From: Thermoplasmatota archaeon
GTDB lineage: Archaea; Thermoplasmatota; Penumbrarchaeia; Penumbrarchaeales; Penumbrarchaeaceae
Assembly: GCA_965234725.1 (NCBI GenBank)
Contig: CBDDUX010000085.1
Coordinates: 1-16,083, forward strand
Direction of reading: 5' to 3'
Length of the DNA: 16,083 nucleotides
Shown here: in pieces, positions 1-8,890 of the stretch
How positions within the stretch are numbered: position 1 is the first letter of the stretch
How the letters are laid out: every line of letters begins with the position of its first letter
Position numbers and translations under genes: made by a program
Notes under the pieces: generated by a model
The model's input: the letters and a program-made list of their open reading frames with translations, nothing else
Database searches by the model: none
What the model was told of the DNA's origin: nothing

Positions 1-50
1 TACCATCCAGAAGATGACAGTGACTATTTGAACCAACCTATTTTCATAGC

Positions 51-395
51 AAAGAGGAGATCCTTCAATTCACCATCAGTCAGTTAGAGCAAAGATATCC
101 CGGAATCACTAATAAGATTGAAGTAACGGATGTCTGTAATCCAATGACCTTCCAGCGTTATGCAAATACCTACAACGGAACTTACATGACATGGATCACC
201 ACTCCGAAAAACAGTGGTAAATTGATGAAAATCAAGAAGACCGTTCCAGGGTTGGACAATTTCTGGATGTCCGGTATGTGGGTTTTCCCACCTGGAGGGC
301 TTCCCGGTGGTTTGGTCACATCAAGGTGGGTTATTCAAATAATCTGTAAAAAGGAGAAACAAAAATTCGTTACGAGTAATGCGGGAGTAAGTTAA
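51..395 (+). pseudogene. C-terminal remnant of a phytoene desaturase/dehydrogenase-like FAD-dependent oxidoreductase
   Basis: The frame of ORF 144..395 extends upstream as KEEILQFTISQLEQRYPGITNKIEVTDVCNPMTFQRY...VPGLDNFWMSGMWVFPPGGLP, typical of this family's C-terminus. In-frame TGA stops at 15-17 and 21-23 mean the N-terminal part is missing or frameshifted. Confidence 0.65.
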
Positions 396-414
396 TTATT
401 GACACCATATATCC

Positions 415-481
415 AACATTTAATACTTCCTGATAGTTCCAAATCTGATTAGTGATAGAATGTTTCAGTAGGTCATCCCAA
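415..481. repeat. Repeat P, copy 1 (orphan copy of the paralog upstream region)
   Basis: 59/67 identical, ungapped, to 4290-4356. Confidence 0.9.
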
Positions 482-542
482 AGTTGAATTAAGGTGATCC
501 CAATCTTATTTTCAAATGTAGATTTTTCTCTTTATAACGAGG

Positions 543-2348
543 TCATTCCTCTTTGCTATCTTCAGATATCTTGTCCTTTTTACTCTTACTCAAGGTAACT
601 GCAATGACAGCAATTATTGCAATAAGGATCAGCAATCCACAAAGACCACCAAATATTGGAAGAGCAGCGGAAGCCAGTTTTGAATCACTTTCAGCATCTT
701 TATTTTTATTTTTAAGGATGAAATTTCTTTCCTCGTAATCAATCTGATTCCCCAACCAATCGAAATTCTCAACTCTGACGGTATATTCCGAACTAGGTAG
801 ATTTCTTAAACCCAATTCTGCACTTATTGACCTGCCATCGGATTCTTCAGTCAACACAACCTTACCGTTTGAGTCTGTAACTGTGACCTGTGTTCTTCCT
901 ACCAACATTTTTCCTGCAATATCGTTCTTGTCTACACCAGCGGTGTCGATTTGAACAACCCCGTTCGCTTCAAATGTTTCTTTTTGGTCAGGGTAAAGAT
1001 CCAATATTTTCGAAAATTGATCATCCTCTACCCACCATAAATGTGACATAGTCATTATGTTGTCTTTTCGTTTTGGATCAGGTGTTGGAGGTTTCACCAT
1101 GTCAGAAGTATCCGTGATAGTAACACCCTCTCGATCTGCTATGACTGCGGTGGTTGTTTCTGGTAGTATTACAACATCGAAGATCCCTTGAAATTGGGGC
1201 TCTTGGTACGTCAGAATCACATCAATATATTCCTCGGTTTTCGCGTCATATACAGGGGAGGTGTACGTGACCGGTTCAAGAAAGGTCCTTAACTCGAAAC
1301 CGGTGGAAAAACCACCTTCCCAATTTGAAACCTTCTCATTTGAATTATCGAAATGAAATAATCCAATATTTCCTCCTTGGAAAAAAGGTCCAACTTCTTC
1401 TGAAAATCTTGGATGGATATCAAGTATTCGAGTTTCAATGTATACTTGGTTTTCCCCTGATCTGGTGATCTCTTCTCCTTGTGAAAGGAAGGCAGTTGGA
1501 AGATGAATGAATTTCGAAGTATCGTCTCTATCAAAACAGGCAAGATAGTAATCCTTACCTGTGGATGTTTCATTAAAATGGAATGCGACATAGATATCTC
1601 GTGTTGTGGTATCATACAGGAGTGAAAAGATCTCTCCGATCGGTGTGTATCCACTTTTATTGGCGATATCAGTTACATTGAAGATCTCAGTTGAAATTGT
1701 GTTTGTACTCAAATCCAAGGTTTGGATGTTCATATTTGTTTGGGTCCTTGTTGTAGAGAACCATAGCAGATTCTCTGTTGGTTCCTGGAAGAAGTCCAGA
1801 ATTCCTCCAGGCTTCAATCCTGAGTTCTTGTCCAGTTTGGTTGTGATATTCTGTGATCCGACATCGATTATCCATAGTCCATCATTACATGCAAGATATA
1901 GCGTATTCGTATCCGCATTGTATTCAAGATCATTGATCACATTTGCATAGTAATTCAACCACATCCTCTGGATGGTTCCATTCGATAGCCATATTGTTTC
2001 AAGTGTAGTCCTGTAGGCTTGATATCCACTACCTGTGATGGCAAACAGTACATTGTCATCTTCGTTGTAATGTATCTGATATACAGAGTTAGATTCAATA
2101 TCAGGTGCGGTTATATGCTCAATTGTATCGTTGTTTCTGTGGATCAATGATATTCCATAGTGCCCTGTATATGTTACAATAATAAGGTTACCATCTTGAC
2201 CTACCTCGACATGTTTTGGTTCACCTTTCAAAGGTGTCATAGGATCTTCTGTTGTAATGGTCTCGGTTTCAGCGTTTGCTATAACTGGGATAATTAATAA
2301 AAAAACGAACAAAAACGCTATTGTACATGCCAAATGTCTATCTTTCAT
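543..2348 (-). CDS. Secreted, C-terminally membrane-anchored beta-propeller-like protein (paralog A, 601 aa)
   Basis: Probable start is MKDRHL at 2348, preceded by a GGGGG RBS-like run and followed by a signal peptide. Blade-like motifs (LYLACNDGLWIID, ILDFFQEPTENLLWF), an Ig-like segment, then a TM helix and basic tail. Paralog of 2474..4240. Confidence 0.8.
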   Translation of the reverse strand: MKDRHLACTIAFLFVFLLIIPVIANAETETITTEDPMTPLKGEPKHVEVGQDGNLIIVTYTGHYGISLIHRNNDTIEHITAPDIESNSVYQIHYNEDDNVLFAITGSGYQAYRTTLETIWLSNGTIQRMWLNYYANVINDLEYNADTNTLYLACNDGLWIIDVGSQNITTKLDKNSGLKPGGILDFFQEPTENLLWFSTTRTQTNMNIQTLDLSTNTISTEIFNVTDIANKSGYTPIGEIFSLLYDTTTRDIYVAFHFNETSTGKDYYLACFDRDDTSKFIHLPTAFLSQGEEITRSGENQVYIETRILDIHPRFSEEVGPFFQGGNIGLFHFDNSNEKVSNWEGGFSTGFELRTFLEPVTYTSPVYDAKTEEYIDVILTYQEPQFQGIFDVVILPETTTAVIADREGVTITDTSDMVKPPTPDPKRKDNIMTMSHLWWVEDDQFSKILDLYPDQKETFEANGVVQIDTAGVDKNDIAGKMLVGRTQVTVTDSNGKVVLTEESDGRSISAELGLRNLPSSEYTVRVENFDWLGNQIDYEERNFILKNKNKDAESDSKLASAALPIFGGLCGLLILIAIIAVIAVTLSKSKKDKISEDSKEE

Positions 2349-2397
2349 AACGACCCCCCACAGATCTAATAAATATCCAATTGACAAACTAAGATTT

Positions 2398-2449
2398 AAC
2401 ATATAATACTTTTTAATGGTTCCAAATCTGATTAATGATAGAATGTTTT
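2398..2449 (-). promoter_or_regulatory. Repeat P, copy 2; contains the BRE/TATA-like promoter of paralog A
   Basis: Minus strand reads AAAAAGTATTATATGTT about 50 bp upstream of the ATG at 2348. Near-identical to 4290-4341. Confidence 0.65.
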
Positions 2450-2473
2450 CATTTTTTTTGTCCCTTTGGGTAT

Positions 2474-4240
2474 CTAGTCTATCTTCTTCTTGTTTAAAAA
2501 TACCAAGATTGCAGCAATTATTATACCAAGGATCAATAATCCGCAAAGACCACCAAATATTGGAAGAACTGCCGAAGCCAGTTTTGACCCACTCTCACTT
2601 TCAGATGGTTGATCAGGATTGTCCAGGATGAATTTACATTCCTCATAATCTATTGAATTACCGATCCAATCCGATCTTTCAACTCTTATGGTATATTCAG
2701 AACTTTTCAAACCAGATAATTGAAATTCCACTTCCATTTCTCTACCACCCGTTTCATGGGTATAAACCACGTTTCCTTTTGAGTCGGTAATGGTCAGTAA
2801 TGATTTGCCGATAAAAAATGAATCTAACGGATCTTCTCCTTCAAAGTCTTTGGTCAAGATCGAAATGTATCCTTCTGCTTTCACAGTTTCAATTTTCTCT
2901 TTATCCATATTTAATGACTTTCCAGCATCACTTTCATTTTTATAATATTCTGCCAGGAAGAGGCCACCTTTGATCTTAAGCATGGTTTTTGCAGGAATTA
3001 CCATATCGCCCAGATCATAGAAATATAAACCTTCAGATCGGCTGACAGTAGCAGTCGTTGAATCGGTTTCTACAACCACATCGTTTGGTCTCTCGATTTC
3101 CGGTTCTTCGTAATCTACTTCAATATCAACCCATTTCTCAGTCCCTTTGTCAAATCTAACTGAAGGACGTCTCACCGTTTTTGTGAAGGTTTTTATATTC
3201 AGCTCATCATCTGTTGTAGAGATCTTTTTAATCGGGGGATCAATATAGAATAGCCCTATTCCATATCCGCTGAATAAAGGACCCACTCCATTTTTGTTCC
3301 TTGAATGCATCCTGTTGATATGGAATATCTTCCAACCCAGATAATCATCGGATCTGGTGACCTCTTTCCCCTCTGAAAGATAGCCGGTGGGGAGAGGGAC
3401 AAAGTGTGATGTATCATCTCTGTCAAAACACGCCAAATGGAATATCTCACCTGTTATTGTTTTGTTGAATTGGAATCCAACATAGATATCTCGTGTGGTA
3501 GTATCATAGATGAATGTCAAGATAGGACCTTGTGGTGTGTATCCATTCCTAATAGCAATATCTGTTACATTAAAGATCTCGGAAGAAACTGTATTTGTAC
3601 TCATGTCCAGGGTCTGGATGTTTACATTATCCTTCGACCAGGATGTGACAAACCATAACAGGTTTTCTGTAGGTTCTTGAAAGAGGTCCCACACACCTTC
3701 AGATTTCAATCCGGTGTCTTTGTTCAATTTTTCAGTTATTTCCAATTCATCCACATCGATTATCCAGAGACCATCAGCGCATGCGAGATATAGTGTATTG
3801 GTAAATGCATTGTATTCCAGATCTGAAACTGAGGGTGCATAGTAATTGAGCATCACTTTTCCAATTGTATCGTTGTCAAGCCAGATGATCTCAAGTGTTG
3901 TATATCGGTTATCAAATCCAATACCTGTGACAGCAAATAGCACATTGTCATCTTCGTTGTAATGAATCCGATGTACCGAGCCTGAATGAATGTCCGGTTC
4001 AGTGATGTGCTCTATCGTATTGTCATTTCTGTTGATTATTGAAATTCCATAGTTATCTTGGTAGGATAAGAATATCAGGTTCCCGTCCTGTCCTGTTTCA
4101 ATATATTTTGGTTCACCCTTCAGAGGTGTCTCCGGATCTTCTGTTGTGATCATCTCCACTTCGCTGTTTCCCATCGCTGGGATCAAGGCAATAAAAATGA
4201 ATATGAACGCTGTTGCAACTGCCAATGAGCTCTCTTTCAT
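2474..4240 (-). CDS. Secreted, C-terminally membrane-anchored beta-propeller-like protein (paralog B, 588 aa)
   Basis: Probable start is MKESSL at 4240 with a GGGGGA RBS-like run. Signal peptide, the same motifs as paralog A, and the shared anchor SKLASAxLPIFGGLCGLLIL. Confidence 0.8.
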   Translation of the reverse strand: MKESSLAVATAFIFIFIALIPAMGNSEVEMITTEDPETPLKGEPKYIETGQDGNLIFLSYQDNYGISIINRNDNTIEHITEPDIHSGSVHRIHYNEDDNVLFAVTGIGFDNRYTTLEIIWLDNDTIGKVMLNYYAPSVSDLEYNAFTNTLYLACADGLWIIDVDELEITEKLNKDTGLKSEGVWDLFQEPTENLLWFVTSWSKDNVNIQTLDMSTNTVSSEIFNVTDIAIRNGYTPQGPILTFIYDTTTRDIYVGFQFNKTITGEIFHLACFDRDDTSHFVPLPTGYLSEGKEVTRSDDYLGWKIFHINRMHSRNKNGVGPLFSGYGIGLFYIDPPIKKISTTDDELNIKTFTKTVRRPSVRFDKGTEKWVDIEVDYEEPEIERPNDVVVETDSTTATVSRSEGLYFYDLGDMVIPAKTMLKIKGGLFLAEYYKNESDAGKSLNMDKEKIETVKAEGYISILTKDFEGEDPLDSFFIGKSLLTITDSKGNVVYTHETGGREMEVEFQLSGLKSSEYTIRVERSDWIGNSIDYEECKFILDNPDQPSESESGSKLASAVLPIFGGLCGLLILGIIIAAILVFLNKKKID

Positions 4241-4289
4241 AACGATCCCCCACAGATCCAATAAATATCCAATTGGCAAACTACAACTG

Positions 4290-4356
4290 AACATATAATA
4301 CTTTTTGATGGTTCCAAATCTGAGTAATGATAGAATGTTTTAGTAGGTCCTCCCAA
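4290..4356 (-). promoter_or_regulatory. Repeat P, copy 3; contains the BRE/TATA-like promoter of paralog B
   Basis: Minus strand reads AAAAAGTATTATATGTT about 50 bp upstream of the ATG at 4240. Homologous to 415-481 and 2398-2449. Confidence 0.65.
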
Positions 4357-4494
4357 TGATAATGATTTTCCTATACGATCATGATTATCAACACCTGTTA
4401 TCTGGCCGATCTGTGATTGATCATGCATTATCTGGTTTGTAGAGCATGAAATGTTAGAAAATAACGAAGTCACAAATCGATTTGAAAGATTCAA

Positions 4495-4908
4495 TCATGA
4501 TATTTTTAAATCCACTATTCCCGTGATCTCTCTCATTTTCTGGATCGTTCTTTCCGAAGGTTCCTCATTGACCATAATGAAGTAATATGGTGGATCATGA
4601 TAAGGCCCATCCAGTGTGTCTATCTCAAGAAGGTCCATAAGATCTTCGATCCCATCAAGATCATCCTCGAATTTCTCTGGGTCCTTCACATATATTCGGA
4701 TGAAAAAGAGTGTTCCATCTTCTTTTTGTTTCTTCATCTTCCTTTGGTCATCCCTGTAAGAGTGCAATTGGTGAGATGAAAGTGTTATTCTGGGTAACGG
4801 ATCTCCCTGCCATCCACAAAAAGTACATTTATTCATCTTTTTTCCTTTATCATTCGAAAATGATTCGATATCAAATATCCTGCAATCTGGACAAATGGGG
4901 CCACTCAT
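4495..4908 (-). CDS. Zn-ribbon protein with a possible ACT/ferredoxin-like C-terminal domain
   Basis: CPDC...CTFCGW at the N-terminus. The C-terminus shows an alternating strand/helix pattern ending TIQKMREITGIVDLKIS. TATA-like TTATATAT about 25-30 bp upstream suggests a leaderless transcript. Confidence 0.7.
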   Translation of the reverse strand: MSGPICPDCRIFDIESFSNDKGKKMNKCTFCGWQGDPLPRITLSSHQLHSYRDDQRKMKKQKEDGTLFFIRIYVKDPEKFEDDLDGIEDLMDLLEIDTLDGPYHDPPYYFIMVNEEPSERTIQKMREITGIVDLKIS

Positions 4909-4978
4909 TATATCGAGATAAAATGAGAAATATCAATATATAATTCCTTCTAGTATTTTCACTAAAGAAAGATTCATT

Positions 4979-5359
4979 CTAATCGCCAATATTCAAACCC
5001 AGTTCCACATCAAGGTCTTTGATCCGTGTTATCAATGCGGATCTAATATCGAAATCATATAGAATAATATCCTTTAAAAGGGAAATATATCTCTCTCTTT
5101 TGGCAACTGCTTCCTCGATTTGATTGAAATCAGATAGGTCCATTTCATTCATGATATTGAGGATCATCCTAAAGGATGATTCCCGATCCATCATTTGAGC
5201 TTGTCTGAAACCGGGTCCTGAATTCATGCATTCTGGACAGTTCCCTTTGGTCTCCGGGTAGATCAGGTCACAGTAGATACAACTTTGAATGGCTCCCTGC
5301 TCGGGTTGATTTGGAATCTGAGATAGCTCTTCCATGAACTCATATGTGAATTCATGCAT
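4979..5359 (-). CDS. Hypothetical Zn-ribbon protein
   Basis: 126-aa ORF with CIYC-x9-CPEC and a helical C-terminus, co-oriented with its neighbours. Confidence 0.7.
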   Translation of the reverse strand: MHEFTYEFMEELSQIPNQPEQGAIQSCIYCDLIYPETKGNCPECMNSGPGFRQAQMMDRESSFRMILNIMNEMDLSDFNQIEEAVAKRERYISLLKDIILYDFDIRSALITRIKDLDVELGLNIGD

Positions 5360-5389
5360 TTTATAGGTTCACTCTATTTGTTATTGTAA

Positions 5390-5731
5390 TCAACCATGAA
5401 GTCCTTCGAAAATGAAAAAAAGTAGTTCTCCCACTTCATACTGGCCCTCCCAGGGGGGACGATTGGGTGTAATAATATATTGAGACGATATTTCGATCTT
5501 CCCATCTCCAAGGTATTTCAAATTGCCTCTGTATGGAATTCTTTCTTTGGTTTCCCTTACGGTTTTTATCGATTGAATGTAGTAATATTCATCTGATTTT
5601 AATTGATCCAGACCGGGTCCGGAAGGATATTTATTCAGATCAAATTTCAAATAGTAATTATCATTATCTTTACAAATAATACCAATGTACATTTCACTTT
5701 CCTTCATATCTTCGATCGATAACATTTTCAT
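5390..5731 (-). CDS. Hypothetical protein
   Basis: 113-aa ORF with GAGGT just upstream, separated by short gaps from co-oriented neighbours. Confidence 0.65.
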   Translation of the reverse strand: MKMLSIEDMKESEMYIGIICKDNDNYYLKFDLNKYPSGPGLDQLKSDEYYYIQSIKTVRETKERIPYRGNLKYLGDGKIEISSQYIITPNRPPWEGQYEVGELLFFIFEGLHG

Positions 5732-5766
5732 ACCTCATATCCTAATCCAATTGGATGAGAATTATC

Positions 5767-6066
5767 CTAATCTACTTTCTTAATATTCCTATGATAACTA
5801 CCAAGTGTTTCAATACTCGGTGAATATGTTTCTTCAATATAGAATCCTTTTTCAGTTGGATCCATGAATTCATTTTCTGTAATTTCCTCTGGATCAATAT
5901 CAATAACCGATTGTAACTTATCAAGATCCCCTGGATCCTCAATTAAATAATAAAATTTCGTCTCTTCAATAATTTCATAACTTTCACATGAACATGCTTT
6001 GGGTGGCAGAGGATATTTCTTTTTACAATTTGGACAGATATAAGGTTCGTTTGAATATTTGATCAT
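5767..6066 (-). CDS. Hypothetical Zn-ribbon protein
   Basis: 99-aa ORF with CPNC-x10-CSC and an acidic C-terminus. Confidence 0.65.
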   Translation of the reverse strand: MIKYSNEPYICPNCKKKYPLPPKACSCESYEIIEETKFYYLIEDPGDLDKLQSVIDIDPEEITENEFMDPTEKGFYIEETYSPSIETLGSYHRNIKKVD

Positions 6067-6085
6067 AATCAGATGAAGGTTTCAT

Positions 6086-6103
6086 CCACAGATAAATCTG
6101 TGG
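6086..6103. promoter_or_regulatory. Palindromic operator candidate
   Basis: Perfect inverted repeat CCACAGAT-aa-ATCTGTGG 20 bp upstream of the start at 6066. A second IR, GATGAA-ggt-TTCATC, is adjacent at 6072-6086. Confidence 0.4.
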
Positions 6104-6275
6104 GTATTGACCATACGTTCTTGTAATAATTGAAATCAATAAAATATTGGTTTACTAGATAGCAGATTAAAACGATCTTGAACTGGAATAAATTGGCCAG
6201 AGATAAATCACTAGTCGAGTGCCAACCATTGAGGTGACGGGATCTCACTACATTTTGCCATATTCAAGGGTTGAA

Positions 6276-6296
6276 GTGTCAGGGACTGGGTTTGAA
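6276..6296 (-). repeat. att-like tRNA 3'-end fragment, copy 1
   Basis: Minus strand reads TTCAAAC-CCAGT-CCCTGAC-A-C: 7-nt T-loop, 5-nt T-stem strand, 7-nt acceptor strand, discriminator. Confidence 0.65.
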
Positions 6297-6419
6297 AGAA
6301 TCCTTAAAACTTCCAGAAAATCAAAGATTTTCCTTACATTGAAGGTTGTGATCTTCAAGATGTCAAAAAGGTATCAAAAATTAAAGAATTTATCTGAATT
6401 GCCTTCGGGAGAGATCAGA
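6297..6419. repeat. Conserved cassette left end, type A, copy 1
   Basis: Homologous to 8912-9037. Contains hairpins GAAAATC-aaa-GATTTTC and TTGAAGGT-tgtg-ATCTTCAA. Confidence 0.85.
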
Positions 6420-6726
6420 CTGGAAAAGGAAAGGGCCCGGTTTCCGAGCCTACTTATTCCATCTTTGACCATTTGTTAATTAATTCATCCAAAGGATAGC
6501 AGATTCCATTATTATACTCGCGGAGTAATCTATAGAAAAAAATGTCAAGGGAATAATAAATTGATATGATATTTATTAAAAAGTGAAAAAAAAGTTATCT
6601 TCATGAACATCTCTGCACTTGATTCGGCTAAATTATTTTCATATAGGTATTTAAAAGGCCACTCTTAAAATCTAAAATTATATATTCCTTCAATGCTTAT
6701 ATATCTATCAATTAGGTGGAGATGAA

Positions 6727-8577
6727 ATGAAAAGAATCTGGATATTGATACCGTTCATACTAATTGGTATGCTTCTCATACCCTCCATTATCTGGGCAGA
6801 GAAGACTGATGAGCTTCCGATCAGGGTCATTGTAATGTTCCAAGAGAATGTAGATCCATATTCCGTTGTGACCGAGGATGATGTACAATTAGAACTTGAG
6901 ATCATCAACGGAGTAGCAATGATGGCAACCCCGGCAAAGATTAAAACTTTGAAGAATAGAGATGATGTCAAGTCGATTACAATGGATAATCCGATTAAAG
7001 CTGCAGAATCCACACCTTACACAAGACTCCCATGGGGTGTAAACAGGATGGATGCGGATATGGTCTGGAATCATGTCGATCCTGATACAAGTGTGGGAAA
7101 TGGTGTGACAGGGGATGGGATCCATGTTGCTGTTCTGGACACGGGGATAGATCTCGATCATCCTGATCTGGTCAGCAACATAGGTACGGGAATTAACTAT
7201 GTCCAGACGGTCAACCCACGTGGAAAGGTCATGTCATACGATCCCACCGCATTCGACGATGATAACGGACATGGAACCCACTGCGCTGGGATCATTGCCG
7301 GTGATGAAGCTAATGTTGGTAACGGTATGATAGGTGTTGCTAGGGATGCTACGGTCCACCCTGTTAAAGTTCTGGACAAGAACGGGAACGGATACACCAG
7401 CTGGCTTGTGAGCGGCATTCAGTGGTGTGTAGATGATGGCAATATAGATGTCATATCCATGTCACTCTCGTCCACATCAAGTGATCCGAACGTCGAGACT
7501 GCCTGCAATGTTGCGGAGTCAGAGGAAATCATTCTTGTTGCAGCTGCTGGCAATTACGGAGATGGGGATCTGGATACTGATGAGATCGAATATCCTGCTT
7601 CATACAGCAGTGTGATCTCTGTCGGCGCAACTGACCGTCACGATGTTCTTGCTGAATTCTCCTCATCAAGTCCTTATGTGGAAGTTGCAGGACCAGGGGT
7701 AGACATCTACTCGACCTATATGGGAGACGGATACGCGACAATGAGCGGAACATCCATGGCTTGCCCTCATGTCGCTGGGACGGTAGCATTGATGCTGGAG
7801 AGTGGGATCCCACCTATTTCTGATAACGAGGAGGTGTTGGATGTCCGAGATAAACTGACTTCTTTAGCTGATGATATCGGGGTTTCTGGTTGGGACTCCG
7901 GATCTGGAGCGGGTCTGGTCGATGCTCTAATAGCATGTGGTTTCGATGACAATTTCGCACCCATGATAATAGAGGTAAGTTCGGTCGTGACAGATGACTC
8001 CGCCACCATCAGCTTCCTCACCGATGAGCCCGCTACGGCCGGGATAGAATACTGGGCGGAGGGAGAAACAACTCATTCCGACTCCTCCGATTCAATTGAT
8101 AAGATCTATCATTCCATCTACATCAACGACCTTGAAGAAGGTACGAAGTACTTCTATCAGATCTCGGCCGTAGATCTCTCAAATAATCTAGGGGGAGAGG
8201 AAAGGGCGGAAAATAGAGAGTTCACCACCACCGGTGGAGTAACGCCACCTCCAGATGAAGATGCCATGCATGTGAAGGACATTTCGGTAACTACAAGTAC
8301 CAAAGGTGCGAACAAGTATATCGCCACAAAAGTACTCATCGTTGATTCTTTGGGGGTTGCAGTGGGTGGTGCAACTGTTACCTTAGAGATCACTCTTGGA
8401 TCTGATACCATTTCCACATCAAGTTCAGTCACCGGATCAGATGGATATGCTTCCTTCAGTCAAAAGGTGAAATCCACTGGAATATACACCATTGTAGTCA
8501 CGGGAGTTGTGAAGACCGGTTGGATATACGACAGCTCAAGCGACGAAGTGACATCGGCTGAAGCTAAATTCGATTGA
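6727..8577 (+). CDS. Secreted S8 (subtilisin-family) serine peptidase with C-terminal Fn3/Ig-like domains
   Basis: Signal peptide, propeptide and catalytic triad motifs VAVLDTGID, NGHGTHCAG and SGTSMACPHVAG. Oxyanion motif AAAGN. RBS-like AGGTGGAG upstream. Confidence 0.95.
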   Translation: MKRIWILIPFILIGMLLIPSIIWAEKTDELPIRVIVMFQENVDPYSVVTEDDVQLELEIINGVAMMATPAKIKTLKNRDDVKSITMDNPIKAAESTPYTRLPWGVNRMDADMVWNHVDPDTSVGNGVTGDGIHVAVLDTGIDLDHPDLVSNIGTGINYVQTVNPRGKVMSYDPTAFDDDNGHGTHCAGIIAGDEANVGNGMIGVARDATVHPVKVLDKNGNGYTSWLVSGIQWCVDDGNIDVISMSLSSTSSDPNVETACNVAESEEIILVAAAGNYGDGDLDTDEIEYPASYSSVISVGATDRHDVLAEFSSSSPYVEVAGPGVDIYSTYMGDGYATMSGTSMACPHVAGTVALMLESGIPPISDNEEVLDVRDKLTSLADDIGVSGWDSGSGAGLVDALIACGFDDNFAPMIIEVSSVVTDDSATISFLTDEPATAGIEYWAEGETTHSDSSDSIDKIYHSIYINDLEEGTKYFYQISAVDLSNNLGGEERAENREFTTTGGVTPPPDEDAMHVKDISVTTSTKGANKYIATKVLIVDSLGVAVGGATVTLEITLGSDTISTSSSVTGSDGYASFSQKVKSTGIYTIVVTGVVKTGWIYDSSSDEVTSAEAKFD

Positions 8578-8820
8578 AAGATGGGTTAATAAAGGTAATA
8601 TACCCGAGAAGTCAGGTCCAACTTGTGTTATCACTTATTAATACTTACGCATCTATAAGAAGCTTCCATATCTTGAATAGGAAAGGTAAGAAGAATTCTC
8701 CCCCTGCGAGGACCTCTATGGCGTTCCTGCTCTTGAAGTTGATGAAGAAGGATTGACAACTTCAGAGTTGAAAGACTATATTCACGAACAGATCGAGGAT
8801 CTTGAAGGAAAAGAATGAGG

Positions 8821-8890
8821 TGTCAGAGACGAAAATTGATGTCAACATTGGAAAAATATATATATTTATTCTAATATAATATTCAATAAA
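8821..8890. repeat. Conserved cassette right end, copy 1
   Basis: Aligns with 11624-11691 (TGTCrGrGACG...CAACATTGGAAAA(A)TATATA...ATAAT...). Abuts att-like copy 2. Confidence 0.8.

Noticed and set aside
2349..2546. 66-aa N-terminal extension of ORF 543..2546, and the 18-aa extension of 2474..4294
   Set aside because: The longer extension runs through the promoter repeat and overlaps the neighbouring gene. RBS position, signal peptides and paralog alignment place the starts at 2348 and 4240.
543..4240. Diversity-generating retroelement TR/VR pair
   Set aside because: Differences inspected between the paralogs are ordinary synonymous changes in both directions (e.g. 2041-2057 vs 3933-3949), not adenine-specific. 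No reverse transcriptase is present.
6219..6479. ORF spanning att copy 1 (VSGTGFE) as a split SSV-type integrase fragment
   Set aside because: No tyrosine-recombinase catalytic motifs are visible, and the homologous DNA at 8891-9037 has an indel that breaks the frame.
8574..8756. 60-aa TTG-start ORF after the subtilisin
   Set aside because: No RBS or motif; likely spurious.
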